Shown here in pieces: positions 52,101-64,000 of a stretch of DNA of 64,000 nucleotides; position 1 is the first letter of the stretch; each line of letters opens with the position of its first letter. The translations under genes and the position numbers were made by a program. This DNA is from Mytilus californianus (taxonomy: Eukaryota). Below the pieces are notes generated by a model. It was not told where the DNA came from. It was given only the letters and a program-made list of their open reading frames with translations, and searched no databases. The DNA lies in NCBI RefSeq assembly GCF_021869535.1, contig NW_026262701.1:69936001-70000000 (forward strand), read 5' to 3'.

Positions 52101-53842
52101 TGATCCGCAAGTTTTCTTAAGGAAAAAGTGAGTGTGGTCACACAGAATTTATTCGTTATACGTTAATTGCACATTATTAAAATACCAAGCGTTTAGACTT
52201 TTAAATGCTACTACATGTATTTGATGAAAGATATTACAATGGTTGATTGATTGCTAGTTTTATTTGATAATGTCCAGCAGGAAATATTTCATAACTTGAG
52301 TGAAGAGCATTGGACAAAGCAGCAACACGCCAATAAAAAGAAAAATACTACAACTTTTATTAGTGTTTTATGAGATATGTTTTAGAGATATTTTTTCCCA
52401 AACCACAGTTTATGTGAAAGAATAACATGTTGTACTACATATACGATGTGTATTTTTATAGGATACAATCCAGAACTCTGAACTCAATGGAGCTATTAGC
52501 AAACAAACGAAAAGGGACTTAAAGAGGGAAAAAAGAAAAACGAAGAAAGAAGAGAAAATACGACAGAAAATAGCTGAACAAGAGGAAAAGGTTGTTAAGT
52601 TGTACTTTAAGATGGTAGATAAGCTTATGATAAGGTACACAAAGGATGTCAAATTACAACGGAAGAAAGAAGTTAAGAGGAGAAAGCAGATGGAAAAGAT
52701 AGAGAGACAAGCTCAAAAGATGTTGGAGAAAGGTATTCATTTTAAATGACACTTTCGGGATTATTCGCATTAAACGATTACAAATGGACGCCTTTGACAG
52801 GACGAGCAATATTTTCTAATAAATTTCAATTAAAACATACCAATGATGTATAAAACATCGTACAAACTCGAAATTTATAATTTTTTAATTAAACTAACAT
52901 TTTTCACATATTAAAATGCGAAATTTAATCATATATAACCTCATCATCGCAAGTTTTTAAAGCGTTGATTAAATTTACAACTGGTATGCTGAATATCCGG
53001 GCTTCTTATGGAAATATTTGATATGTTGTATTTTTTCTATTACACACTAATAAAACTTTAAAAAAAAGAACAACAAAAAGACATTCAATTGTTAAAAGTC
53101 CGGTTGCTTGTCCAGTTGCTCCTGACGCTGACGCTTTTCGTGCAATATATTTTTTAAAAACATTCTTTAAATTACAGCTAATTTAAGTTTATCAAACATA
53201 GATAATAAAACGAGATAAAATAACTGATACGAAGTTAATACTGAAATATAAATACTTTTATAAATTTTGACTTAGATGGAGAGTTGTCTCATTGGCACTC
53301 ATACCACATCTTCTTATATCTATCTATGAATACAATCAAAACATTTTTGATCTTTGGTCTTTAATCAATAAGTGTCTCGTTGAACATAAAAACACTTCTC
53401 CTTATTTGTATGATATGATTTTAAAACTTCATGAACGTATTTGATTTTTACACTTGCGTTTACAGAAATGAAGAGGATGGAGAAAGAAGGTGTAAAAAAT
53501 GAAAAGAAGAAAAAGGCCCTAACTACGGTTGTAAAGGAAAAACACATTGATTTAAAGAAAAGCAAAACAAAGAGAGAGACAGAGAATAATAAGAGTCATG
53601 AGAAGAAAGAGGCACAAACTATAGAAGCTATAGAGGCCAAACAAAATGGTATGACGAAAAGCAAAACAAAGAAAGAGGCAGAGAAAAACGTAGATGGAAA
53701 GAATAAAGAGAGCCAAACAATGGATATTATGAAGGAAAACATTGATAAAATGGGTACCACCAATGACAGAAAGAAAAACACAATAACAGCAAGCATTCGC
53801 TCATGTTTTAGAATCTTTTCTTGTAACAGACGACAGCTGTAG
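49149..53842 (+). CDS. Uncharacterised acidic/basic coiled-coil-like protein, copy 2 (339 aa); exons 49149-49314, 50066-50227, 51307-51350, 52462-52732, 53466-53842
   Basis: Exon lengths 166/162/44/271/377 join in frame to 1020 nt, with the same splice sites as copy 1. Confidence 0.8.
51481..51780 (+). mobile_element. Duplicated copy of the tRNA-derived SINE
   Basis: Colinear with 42435-42745 and shares the shortened A-B box spacing. Confidence 0.75.
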
Positions 53843-54537
53843 TTTGATAAATCGTTTTTTGTATTATATTAAATTTTCTATATTTTTTATCACTGTTTTT
53901 ATATTCTATTTTCTGATGGAAAAGTCAAAATGGAATTTGGTATAAGGGACGACACGAATGGACCTACCTCACGTAAAATGAGAGTCGTCCGGAACGAAAT
54001 ACAAGTTCGATCTCTTAGTCTCAACTAAATACAAATAAATAAAAAAAAACTTCAAAAAAGTCATTAGCTAGAGGCAAAACAAAAAGAGAGGCCCAACAAG
54101 TACTTTTTTCATGTAAATTTTATAAATCAAAGAGCTTTAATTTTGTGACAAAGTAGGTCATCCGAAACACGAACTCGTCTTGTACCGCACCATCATACAC
54201 GTACCAAAAAAATATAGAAATAAGATGTGGTATGTTTGCTAACAAAACAACTAGCCACAGAGACCAAAAGACGTGGATGTATGCAATTATAGGGCACTGT
54301 ACGGCTTCAACAATGATCAAAACCCATACCGTATAGAAAGCTCTAGAGGTTCCGACATGACATATTCAATCGCGAAAACCATAGAACTGATGTATGCTAA
54401 AGTAACAGACACAATACTAATATGACAGACAACAACTAAAGATCACCACTTACTGAAAGGCTCCCGACTTTGGACAGGCACATAAAGAATGTGGCAGGGC
54501 TCAACATTGTTTGCAAGTTATAAACAAAACCTTAACT

Positions 54538-54748
54538 GAGGCCGGGTCTGGATGGGGGTCCTTCATTTTTATATTCTTTATTTTCTTAGGCCATTTTTCT
54601 CTATTCTTTATACTTTTTGCTCATTATTCTCTATTCTTTATATGTAAGCACCTCATTATTCTCTATTCTTTATTTTTTAGTTCATTTTTCTCTTTTCTTT
54701 ATATTTTTGCCAATTATTCTCTATTCTGTAAACCCCGTCCACACCCTC
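54538..54748. mobile_element. MITE-like element related to 4223-4422, nested in a family B-type repeat
   Basis: gag..gggtctggatggggg and accccgtccacaccctc ends; internal ttattctctattcttt repeats. Confidence 0.6.
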
Positions 54749-56040
54749 TGAACTGGCCTAGGATAGTGTTGTAACAGCACACGTGAAATTTAATTTGAAA
54801 GGGGTTTACTCATCAGACCATCCCGATCAGAAAAAAACACAATTAATAAAAAAAAACCAGTATACAAAGAATCGATATTACATTACTCGTAGTTACTGAA
54901 AGCAAGTTAAAACCAAAATGTGTCCATGGGACATAGATGCCCCCGCTTGTAAATATACGGCAAATTCAACATTTTTTTTTTTCATTAATAAAGGGATATA
55001 CCAATAGAACGTGAAAGAGACGCCACAAAAATATCGGACATGATCTGTGTTTGGTGGTAATAATTATTTTGTATATGTTTCATAACATTTGGTTGAGGCA
55101 ACCTAACGAAAACCAATTTCGTGATGTATGAACGGACGGACATACAGACGGACGCACGGGCAGACAAGGGTAAAACTTAATGACCTCGTCGACTAGCAGC
55201 CGGGGAATAAAAATAAGGAAATGTGGTATGATAGCCAATGAGACAACTTTCCGGCAGAGTTCAAATGATGTGGATGTAAGCAATTATAGTCACCGCATGG
55301 CCTTCAACAATGAGCAAAACCCACACCGTACAGTCAATTATAAAAGGCCCGGACATGACAAAATGTGAAAAAAACAACTGCCTGATTTGTGCTAAAACAA
55401 TAGACAAAATACAAATATGACAGACAACAACCAACGACAACCATTGAATTACACTGAAGACAATTAACAATGAGACAAAAGATACAAAGTACCAATCTAA
55501 GAGTACTCGCAGCTGCTGAAAGCTACATGCAGTTCAAAACCTATAACAACAATTAAATAAATCACGACAGACTAAAATATCAATCAGCAAACATCCAATG
55601 GATTTAACAAAGAAATGTATTTCTATGCATCAATGAACCCTTGAGGTCCTAAATCCTGTTGATGATTATATTTTTGCATTGCACTATGTCATGCTATTCT
55701 TAGACTGTTTATGACAATGCCATAATCTGTTCAATATCAATATAGCAATATCAAAATACCTACTTCAGCTTTCAGAAGCTCTGGGGTTTCAAAAGTTGAG
55801 ACATGTTGACTGAAATTGATTTATAAATACATGGTTCCGTCCAGTCAGATGAGTCTGTGCATGTTAATTTTAATGCTTTGTTTTGGTCTGCTGGGCAATC
55901 ATTTTATATAAAATTATTAATTACAAATATAGTTGTCCCTATCATTTATAGTACCCGAGAACAGATAAAATCAAAAACTCTTAACATTGACCAATGAACC
56001 ATGAAAATGAGGTCAATTTTGTCAAAGTGCCATTTCTGTT

Positions 56041-56146
56041 TTTTACAAACAAAGATTTGTTTTACCACATATATATACTCTTTTGTTGTAAATTTTTTAC
56101 AAACAAAGATTTGTTTTACCACATATATATACTCTTTTGTTGTAAA
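56041..56146. repeat. 54-bp direct tandem duplication (2 copies)
   Basis: ttttacaaacaaagatttgttttaccacatatatatactcttttgttgtaaa at 56041 and 56095. Confidence 0.9.
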
Positions 56147-56392
56147 CGTTATTTCCGTCACAAACCAGTTCAAATTAAAGACTTTCTTCCCTACTCCACT
56201 TTTTATTTCTCAAGATAAATTTACAATATCAAAACTAAAGTTTATCAAAATACAGTTCATAAAATAATATACATATTTAGAAAGATTATTTTTAATACAT
56301 TATTCAAATCGGCCTTAATTTAGTTTCATCTTTTCATGATTTTTTTATGCAAATTCTGTCAAAAAATATTTCAAATTATTTTCCGAATCATT

Positions 56393-57163
56393 CTATTTCT
56401 CTCCTATCGTTTCAATGATTTGCCATATATGGCGATCCTTGTCTTCTAACATTTCCAAAACTTCTTCGGTGAGATCAGATTTTCGTCCATTTTCAAGTTC
56501 AAATATGTACATTTGTTCCGGTGTGAAAGACAGATATTCAGCCCAGCGCTTTACCAGTAGAGACATCGCATACTGCAACAAAGCATTGTATCGAACCTCC
56601 TCTTGAAAGTCCCTGTTGAACTTCTTCCATTCTTTTTCCTTAATTTCGTTGTCATTTGCCGTCTTTGATATTTCATCAGGACTAGGAGATTCATCTTTCG
56701 TCTTTATTTCCCTTTGTCCTTCCTTTAGTACTTCCTGTGTCAATATTTCCTTTTTTGAATTCTTTCCTAGAGAAGCAAAATCTGTACGAGATACAACGAT
56801 GTTTGATACCGGAACTAGTTTTGCCGATGTTATCTGCCCAGAGTTACTCTCATTATTAGCAAGTCTAAGTTCAAATTGAACAACCTTGCATTCCCCTAAA
56901 CTTTCACTACTTGTCTGCTGTCTAGAATCCAAATCAGACAAAGCAGTCAGATTTATCATATTTTGAAAGCATTGCTGGATAGAACTGGCATCGAGTGCAT
57001 TTGTATCAGCTTCTTGCTTATTCCCAGAGATATTGATTTGAGAACTTACACTAGTAGTACTGCAGCTGCTTTGAGGTGGTGGTATTTCGTTCGAAGGACC
57101 CAAATACTGATGATCTAACAGTATGCTAACACTTTGGTTGGCATTAATCTCCGATAGGCTCAT
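56393..57163 (-). CDS. Intronless uncharacterised 256-aa protein; Ser/Gln-rich N-terminus and tentative death-fold-like C-terminus
   Basis: A 771-nt open frame in AT-rich DNA with no transposon motifs and a CpG-containing upstream leader. KRWAEYLSFTPEQMYIFE...DLTEEVLEML loosely resembles death-domain helices 2-4. Confidence 0.65.
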   Translation of the reverse strand: MSLSEINANQSVSILLDHQYLGPSNEIPPPQSSCSTTSVSSQINISGNKQEADTNALDASSIQQCFQNMINLTALSDLDSRQQTSSESLGECKVVQFELRLANNESNSGQITSAKLVPVSNIVVSRTDFASLGKNSKKEILTQEVLKEGQREIKTKDESPSPDEISKTANDNEIKEKEWKKFNRDFQEEVRYNALLQYAMSLLVKRWAEYLSFTPEQMYIFELENGRKSDLTEEVLEMLEDKDRHIWQIIETIGEK

Positions 57164-57443
57164 GCTTATCCGTCCTTCTATTTTATACAGTTGCCGCTCT
57201 GTAACGTTTTGTGATTTTCTTCCTCTTTTGTCTTACAGTCTTGTTTTGACGACGACAGTTCCCGACGTCATAATATATTTTGTAATTCTAAATGCGAGTC
57301 AAGACGTAGATCTATCATTCAATAATTGAAAGAAAACACATGACATGTTTGAAAATCCGTTTTTAATTAATGTTCCGGTAAATTTTAAGCAAAATTAACA
57401 ACAAAACGTTGAAATTCTTAGTAAGCATATACTTTGCTGAAAC

Positions 57444-58152
57444 TCACGGAAGCCCATTTAGAACCTCCTAAAATATAAGTTGAATTCAGGATCACGATTT
57501 GAATAAAACATGATCACGGGTTAAATTAGTGATAACGAAACTGAGCAATAAGTTATCGCATAGTTTTGTTATTCGTTATCACGAACTTAAGAAATCGTTA
57601 TAATATATTTTAAAAAAAGTTACCACGTATGTAATCTATGATTTCGAATTAAATCTATGGTCTAATTCTTATATAAAAATAAGGAGATGTGTATGATTTC
57701 CATTGAGACAACTATCCACCAAAGTTCAAATGAAAATGTAATAATAAAAACTATTAGTAGACAGCTCTCTCACAAGCAAAAAACCCATAACTGTAAAATA
57801 ACAGTAAAATATAAGGGGCATACACTACAAGCATCTATTTCAAAATGCGTGATCACGATTTCTCAAATTCGAGATCACGAATTTAATCCATTATCACGGA
57901 TTTAATTTGCAATTACGGATTATTCCGTAGCAACAAATTCTAAAATTCGTTATCACAGATTGCTATTACCTGTTACAAAGAATGACAGCAATCTGTATGA
58001 ACTTTTAATCCGTTATCATGCCGAATTGTGGCAGTGTAGGATCAAAGGATTATACAATTCGTGATAAGGATTTTAAACCGTGATCACGATTTTTTAGATT
58101 CGTGATCTCGTATTTGAATTATATTTTTGGAGGCCCTATAAAACTTCCGTAG
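57444..58152. mobile_element. MITE related to 12054-12622 with a nested family B fragment
   Basis: cacggaagcccatttagaacctcc at the left end, ggaggccctataaaacttccgtag at the right end; internal atcacga motifs. Confidence 0.7.
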
Positions 58153-59469
58153 AAACCAGTGTGTGTTTTGATATATGAAATCTTTAAACATATTTTCATC
58201 GCCATTTTTGCGCATATACTGATCTCAAGTTTTACTGAATTTTATATATTACAATTAAAGGGATTTACTGTGAAAGTATAACTCAAATTGAAGGAATGTA
58301 ATAAATGCAGACATTTCACCTTTGGTTTTTAAGACAAAACAGGGTTCAGGGCCTCTGAATGTTGATGTGCCATTCCAAAATAAGCAACGTCAATTGGAAG
58401 GTTATCTTTTAAAAATACTAAACATGTATGTTCTTTTCTAGGGTGTATTTACAGGGTTGTAGGAGCCGGGGGGCACGGGGCAATTTTGGTACCTTTTGGT
58501 TACCTTGATATTAACGTTTCTACGTATTGATACATTCCTGACATCTTCTTCCTGGTTAGGAGCCGAATTCAATTTTTGAATGTACTTCGCTCTCATATGT
58601 TAACGTTTGAGCGTTCGCGATGAAGAAAAATCCAGAAAAGCGCTTCGGATGCCCAGCATTTTTTAGTGTTAGGCGTAGTATTGAGAGCTCAAAGACATGC
58701 ATTAACTTGCCCCAAATATTTATTTTGCTAGCTAGAGCCAGGAGACTATAGTCCAGTGGTTGTTATTGAATTTGCCGTCTGTCGTAATTGTTTAGCATGA
58801 TTTCAGACCATTGGTTTTCTTTCAAATTGTTTCTCATTTTGACATCCCGGTGCCTTTTTAAAAGTGCCAATCTGCCAAAGAATCAGGCAGTGGTGAAAAC
58901 ATGACAAACAAAAACCCACTGAAGTTTACATTAATTTATTTACACACATATAACATTTGTTTCCTTTTCCTGTTCTGGTAATTCAAGATATAATTTGGTT
59001 GAAATGCACTAGAAATTAACAATTAAGGGGAGCTAACTCCGTAATTTGCTATCATTCTAACCAAAAGTTATCTAGATATTTCTCGAATTACCAGACACGC
59101 AGAAATGAAAGACGTACCATTTCTAACTCAGGATGAGGGTAACTTCAGAATAGGATGGTTAGGTTGGTGGTTTTTTTCCGGGCATGTTTTGATTATTTTC
59201 AAAATTGCCCGATTCTTACAAAGACTGGCACTTAATAGCTTACTGTATGGTATGGGTTTAACTTATTGTTGAAGGCTTTATGATGATGGCATCAAGTTGT
59301 CCACATCCTTGTACTATACTCTTTGGTGACTGAAAGTTGTCTCATTGACAATTTATTTACATAACAGACGTATTGTATTATATGTATCTGATAATAATGA
59401 TTACTTCATTACTGGTTATATGAAACGGTTTCAACGTACATGTAGTTGTTTTATTAATAAATCCTTTCC

Positions 59470-60700
59470 TATTCCAAAGAGCGTGAATCGCTCACATGGC
59501 AAAATATGCCATTTTGATTTCTAAACTTTTACGGTCGGTCGTTTCTAAGTCTTGCTTTCCGACTGTTATTGCAATCCTTTGTGTTTGCGTATTTGTAAAT
59601 CTTATTTAGTGATATTTATGTATATCTTTTATTGGTGATCATTTTTACTGTTTTTAGTTCATACTTATCCATTAAAGTTTAAGAAATAATTGGCAAAGTT
59701 ATAGATATAAATAAGAAATCGTCATTTACAGGGAAAACATACTACTTGAGTAATCTCAGACCATAGGAGTCTGAAAATTAGGCTAAATTGACTTGTAGAT
59801 CTTAAGCTGATCGTTTTTACTTTTTTAAAGTTTCTATCTTCTATATTTTTTGACAAAATGCAAAAATATGGGTAACAATCATCACTCGGGGGGAAAATAA
59901 CTCCTTAAAGAAGTCGATTGACAATTTCTGCCATGTTGACTTCTTTGTAGATCTTATTGTGCTGAACACTTTTGCAACTTTCTGTTCTTCTCAATATATC
60001 TTTTATTTCTGCAAAATATGCAAAAATGGGTAAAAACCAACTTTCATGGGCAATAACTCCTATAAGGGATCAATTGATGAGTTGGATCGTTTAACTTGTT
60101 TGAACGTCTTATTTTGCTGAACATTTTTGCTATTTACAGTTTCTATATATCATTGTTTATTGCAAAAATGGTGAAAATTAACTTTAAAAGGGCAATAACT
60201 CTTGAAATGGTTCAATTGACTATTTCAGCCTTGTTGACTTATTTTTAGATCTTATTTTTCTGAACATTTTTACTAAAAACCATTCCACTCCAAGTTGGTA
60301 GATAATGAATAATGTATCTGCACAAAACGCACAAAAAAATAAATGGGAAGACGTCTTTCAATGTCAATAATTCTTATAAGGGTTAAATGAGATGTCGGAT
60401 TTTTCTGGGAAATAGACCTTGACCTGCTGATCATTTTAATCCTGTCAGTTTTGCTCTAACTTCTTTGGTTTTAGATCATTTCCACCTATGTTCTATTTAA
60501 AGCAACATCAGCCATCTTTGTTGATGGGTCAAATCTCCAGATATACTTTGTATTTCCTAATGAACATTCAGGTAAACTTCGGTTGCGTTTGGCCCAGTAT
60601 TTTCAGAGAAGATGTTTTAAAACTTTACAACAACGGACGGATGACGACAACAGACACCAAGTGATGGCAAAAGCTTTTAGGCCAGTTGAGGAAAAAAAAA
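59470..60700 (+). mobile_element. Decayed Helentron-associated/pearl-like element with aaagggcaataactc repeats; related fragment at about 62445-62760
   Basis: Recurrent gggcaataactc(c) motif. 5' gaatcgctcac and 3' acggacggatgacgac...gtgatggcaaaagct...ggccag end. Confidence 0.55.
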
Positions 60701-61139
60701 GAAAAAAGAAAAAGAGAATATGAATTCCTCAGCTGCAGTAACATCATGACTTCATAAGTCAGTGGTTACAATATTAATGGTTTCTGGATTATCACTAATA
60801 CGATCCTGAAGTATTCAATACCTACTGAAGGTACCAACACAGAGTTCTCTTATATGGAAGCCATCAGATCTGTGCCAAAATCATGTCAATCTTCTCAACA
60901 ATCCCTGAAAATAGGGAATTCAGTCTATGGTAGGTTTGAAGAAAAGTGGTTGAGAAACACTAATCAAAAGTTCAATTTCAAGAAAATTTCGGGAAAAAAA
61001 GTTTTAACAATTGAAATAGTTGCTAAGAAAGCAATGTAAGCAACAAGGTCCTCTAATGTAAATAAAAACAATATTTAAGATTGTTGATCAATTTTGTATC
61101 TATGATAGATTCCAAATTAACAAATTCAGTAGAGGCCCA

Positions 61140-61766
61140 CACAAGGAAAATGCATTAAGCAAACCATAATTTATTGGTATTAGACCAAAACAACTTTGAA
61201 AAACACTCAAAACATGCTGAAACTAAACTTGAAAATGAAGGGTTACCAACAGTTAGGGTTGGCATCATAGACTCGGACCTAAAACATCTTATTTCCAAGA
61301 ATATCATTGACCTACCACTAGTGGTTCCCCATAAACTGACCCAATCACAAACTAATACATGTAAACTAAGCAAAGTTTCAAAGTCAATAGACCTTGACTG
61401 AGGGGGCAGGGCTAAATAATCTCCATGGTAATGAGATGTGCCAATGTTAATACAACTGCATACCAAATATCATTGATCTACCACTAGTGGTTCCCCATAA
61501 ACTGACCTAATCACAAACTAATACATGTAAACTAAGCAAAGTTTCAAAGTCAATAGACCTTGACTGAGGGGGCGGGGCCAAATAATCTCCATGGTAATGA
61601 GATGTGCCAATGTTAATACAACTGCATACCAAATATCATTGACCTACCACTAGTGGTTCCCCATAAACTAGACCTAATCACAAACTAATACATTGTTGAC
61701 GCCGCCGACTACGGAAACAGCATACCTATGTCTCGCTTTTTGACTCAGTCAAGGCGAGACAAAAAA
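61140..61766 (+). mobile_element. Pearl/HINE-like element with about 2.4 tandem units of 166 bp and a terminal hairpin
   Basis: atatcattga at 61301, 61467 and 61633; end tgtctcgc-tttttgactcagtcaa-ggcgagacaaaaaa. Confidence 0.75.
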
Positions 61767-63374
61767 CAGGTTACTTAGTGACGCAATGCCTGCCAATATT
61801 TTATGGGTATAAAGGCCTACTTACCATCACTTATGTATTTGGCCTCTGAATGATAGAAATTTCTAATTGTAGCCTTCTGAATGGAATGTTGACTTATTTG
61901 TAGATCTATGCGACTGCCATACAAGTAAGAGGTTTAGCTAGCTATAAAACCAGGTTTAATTCATAAAATTGAGACTGGAAATGGGGAATATGTCAAAGAG
62001 ACAACAACCCGACCAAAGAGCAGATAACAGCAGAAGGCCACCAATGGGTCTTCAACGCAGTGAGAAAATCCCGCACTCGGAGATGGTCCTCAGCTGGCCC
62101 CTAAATAAAATTCACCATGTTCTACATAAGGAAATGCCTGTACCAAGTCAGGAATATGACAGTTATTTTCAATTCGTTTGATGTGTTTGAGCTTTCAATT
62201 TTGCCATTTGATAAAGGACTTTCCGTTTTGAATTTTCCTTAGAGTTCGTTATTTTACTTTTTAGTGGTTTTTTATAGCTTACTATGTGGTTTGGGTTTTG
62301 ATCATTGTTGAAGGCCGTACGGTTACCTATAGTCGTCAACTTCGATGTCATTTGGTCTCTGGTGGAGAGTTGTCTCATTGGTAATTATACCACATCCATT
62401 TATCATTTTTATATTCCATACATGAATCATGCAATTTATGAAACTAAAGGTTCTAAAGAGCCTGTGTCTCTCACCTAGGTCTGTGTGCATCTTCAACAAT
62501 GGGCAAAAATACAAAAAAATGGTAAAAATCACCATTAAAGAGCAATACCTCCAATAAGGAGCCGACTTACAATTTCGGCCATTTCAAGACATCAGGCAAC
62601 AATGCAAAAAATAGGTAAAAATCAACATTAAAGGGCAATAACTCCAATAAGGATCAGACTGATGATTTTAGCCATCCTGACTTATTTGTGGATCTTGTCT
62701 TGCCGATCCTTTTTGCTGTTTAGTGTTTTTATCTATTTATTACAATTTTCAAGATAATAAGCAAAAATGAAAATAAACTATTGACACAGAGATATGTAGG
62801 CTGTCGGCAGAAAATTCAGAAAAAGATAATCTGATGGATAGCAACATTGATTATTAATTCAAAGTCACTGAACCATGGCCTCGTAATAGTCGTCAAACTG
62901 ATATGTACTGTAGTAATGCAACTTTATAGAAAATATCATTGATCTATCACAAGTGGTTTCTATCAAACTGACTTAAGCAGAAAACTTAACAATTGTTGAC
63001 GTCTTTGCAGCTGAAAAAGCAACACCGATGTGTCGCCAGGCGAGACAAAAAGTGCATCTTTCATTTGAAAGAAATGTTTGGAAATTTACCTCCCTTGTTT
63101 TATGCCATGAATCTTAACAATGGATTTGATGTTTGTTCATCTTGTCAATGTTCAATATTAACAAATAAGAAATAACAAAAACTCATGAAAAGATTTCAGT
63201 AAATGGCACATACTATAATACATATTATTAATCATAATATTATACAAATTACAAATCAACACATGCAATAACAATAAGGATACAATATGATTTAATTTGA
63301 CTTACTCCTTAATACATTTTCTAAGATATTTATAGTTTATATTAAAAACTTTATAGTTTTTATTAACAAGTAAA

Positions 63375-63726
63375 TTATGTGCTAGATACACTCAATCTAA
63401 CCAAGCAACTGCTAATTTGAATCTGTGCTGAATCTTTCCAATGTTCTGTCCAAATTTGGGATAAACTATCTGCATCAACTTTGTCTAAATTTCTACATGT
63501 AAAACTAATAAATTTAAGAGAATAGTCTGACATTAATTTGTCACTGATGGCATCAAGAAACATGGTATCCAATGGTGATATGATGCCACAACCTTCTGCC
63601 GTGATCTTCTCCAAGTGTGTGTTGTTTGTCGAGGCCACTTCCAATACTCTTGTCACCACACTATTGTCTAGTTTGGGATTGTCTGAGAGATTTAGTGAGG
63701 TGAGACTTTTACCAGCTATTGGAATG
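63375..63726 (-). CDS. TONSL: Tonsoku-like protein, final coding exon (C-terminal LRR region); upstream exons lie right of the window
   Basis: LTSLNLSDNPKLD...LEKITAEGCGIISPLD...CRNLDKVDADSLSQIW aligns by eye with my recollection of the human TONSL C-terminus (LISLDLSANPEI...LGLSGCAVQGPLG...SRRLCAEDRDALRQL). Acceptor ctttcag| at 63727, TAA at 63375-63377, AATAAA just downstream. Confidence 0.75.
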
Positions 63727-64000
63727 CTGAAAGATTAAAAGTAGATTTCAATATGAAAACAAATTCATTTAAAATACATTGAAATTACAAAACAAACTAT
63801 CAAAATATGCAGATGTCTTCAGGAATGTTAAGTCTGTGTATTGCATGTCAAAAGCAGTACAGCTCAGATTTTCTTTCTTCTTACATTAATATGGTTAAGA
63901 CTGATTGTAATTGGTTGCTTAATGTCCAGTGGTAAATAGTTCAGGACAGAACAAATCAACATTTAATACAATAGGTAGATCCTGTAATAGAGACCTTTCG

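Larger units (their letters stand above)
34347..54411 (+). repeat. Head-to-tail segmental duplication: copy 1 34347-45893, copy 2 45897-54411
   Basis: ttattttttgtcattaatc starts both copies and aaagtaacagaca ends both. Exons, SINE, LINE remnant and tandem-repeat elements are colinear, apart from several copy-specific indels. Confidence 0.95.

Noticed and set aside
61155-61466. Overlapping 103-aa and 75-aa ORFs
   Set aside because: Both fall within the 166-bp tandem-repeat element and have no recognisable domain.
63760-64000. Additional TONSL exon at the window end
   Set aside because: All three frames after the candidate acceptor at 63982 contain stops, so it is treated as intron.

Overview
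This is an AT-rich, repeat-dense animal genomic window; the repeat families look like those of a bivalve, probably a Mytilus-type mussel (inference). I reconstructed exons by hand from GT/AG sites and reading-frame phase. Minus-strand genes: junctophilin first coding exon (2140-2524), two complete tandem 4-exon apolipoprotein D-like lipocalins (7505-10971, 16375-19700), an intronless 256-aa ORF with a tentative death-fold-like C-terminus (56393-57163), and the last exon of a tonsoku-like (TONSL) gene (63375-63726). Plus-strand genes: a divergent Snail/Scratch-type C2H2 zinc-finger gene (24609-25580) and two copies of a 5-exon acidic/basic orphan gene. The orphan copies sit in a head-to-tail segmental duplication (34347-45893 and 45897-54411), and both reading frames are open. 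Mobile DNA includes a 5'-truncated APE-RT LINE, Penelope-like RT remnants, tRNA-derived SINEs, several MITEs and Helentron/pearl-like elements with internal tandem repeats. One intact-looking and one decayed minimal hammerhead ribozyme motif are present. No rRNA, true tRNA or CRISPR array was seen. All counts are manual and no database searches were run.
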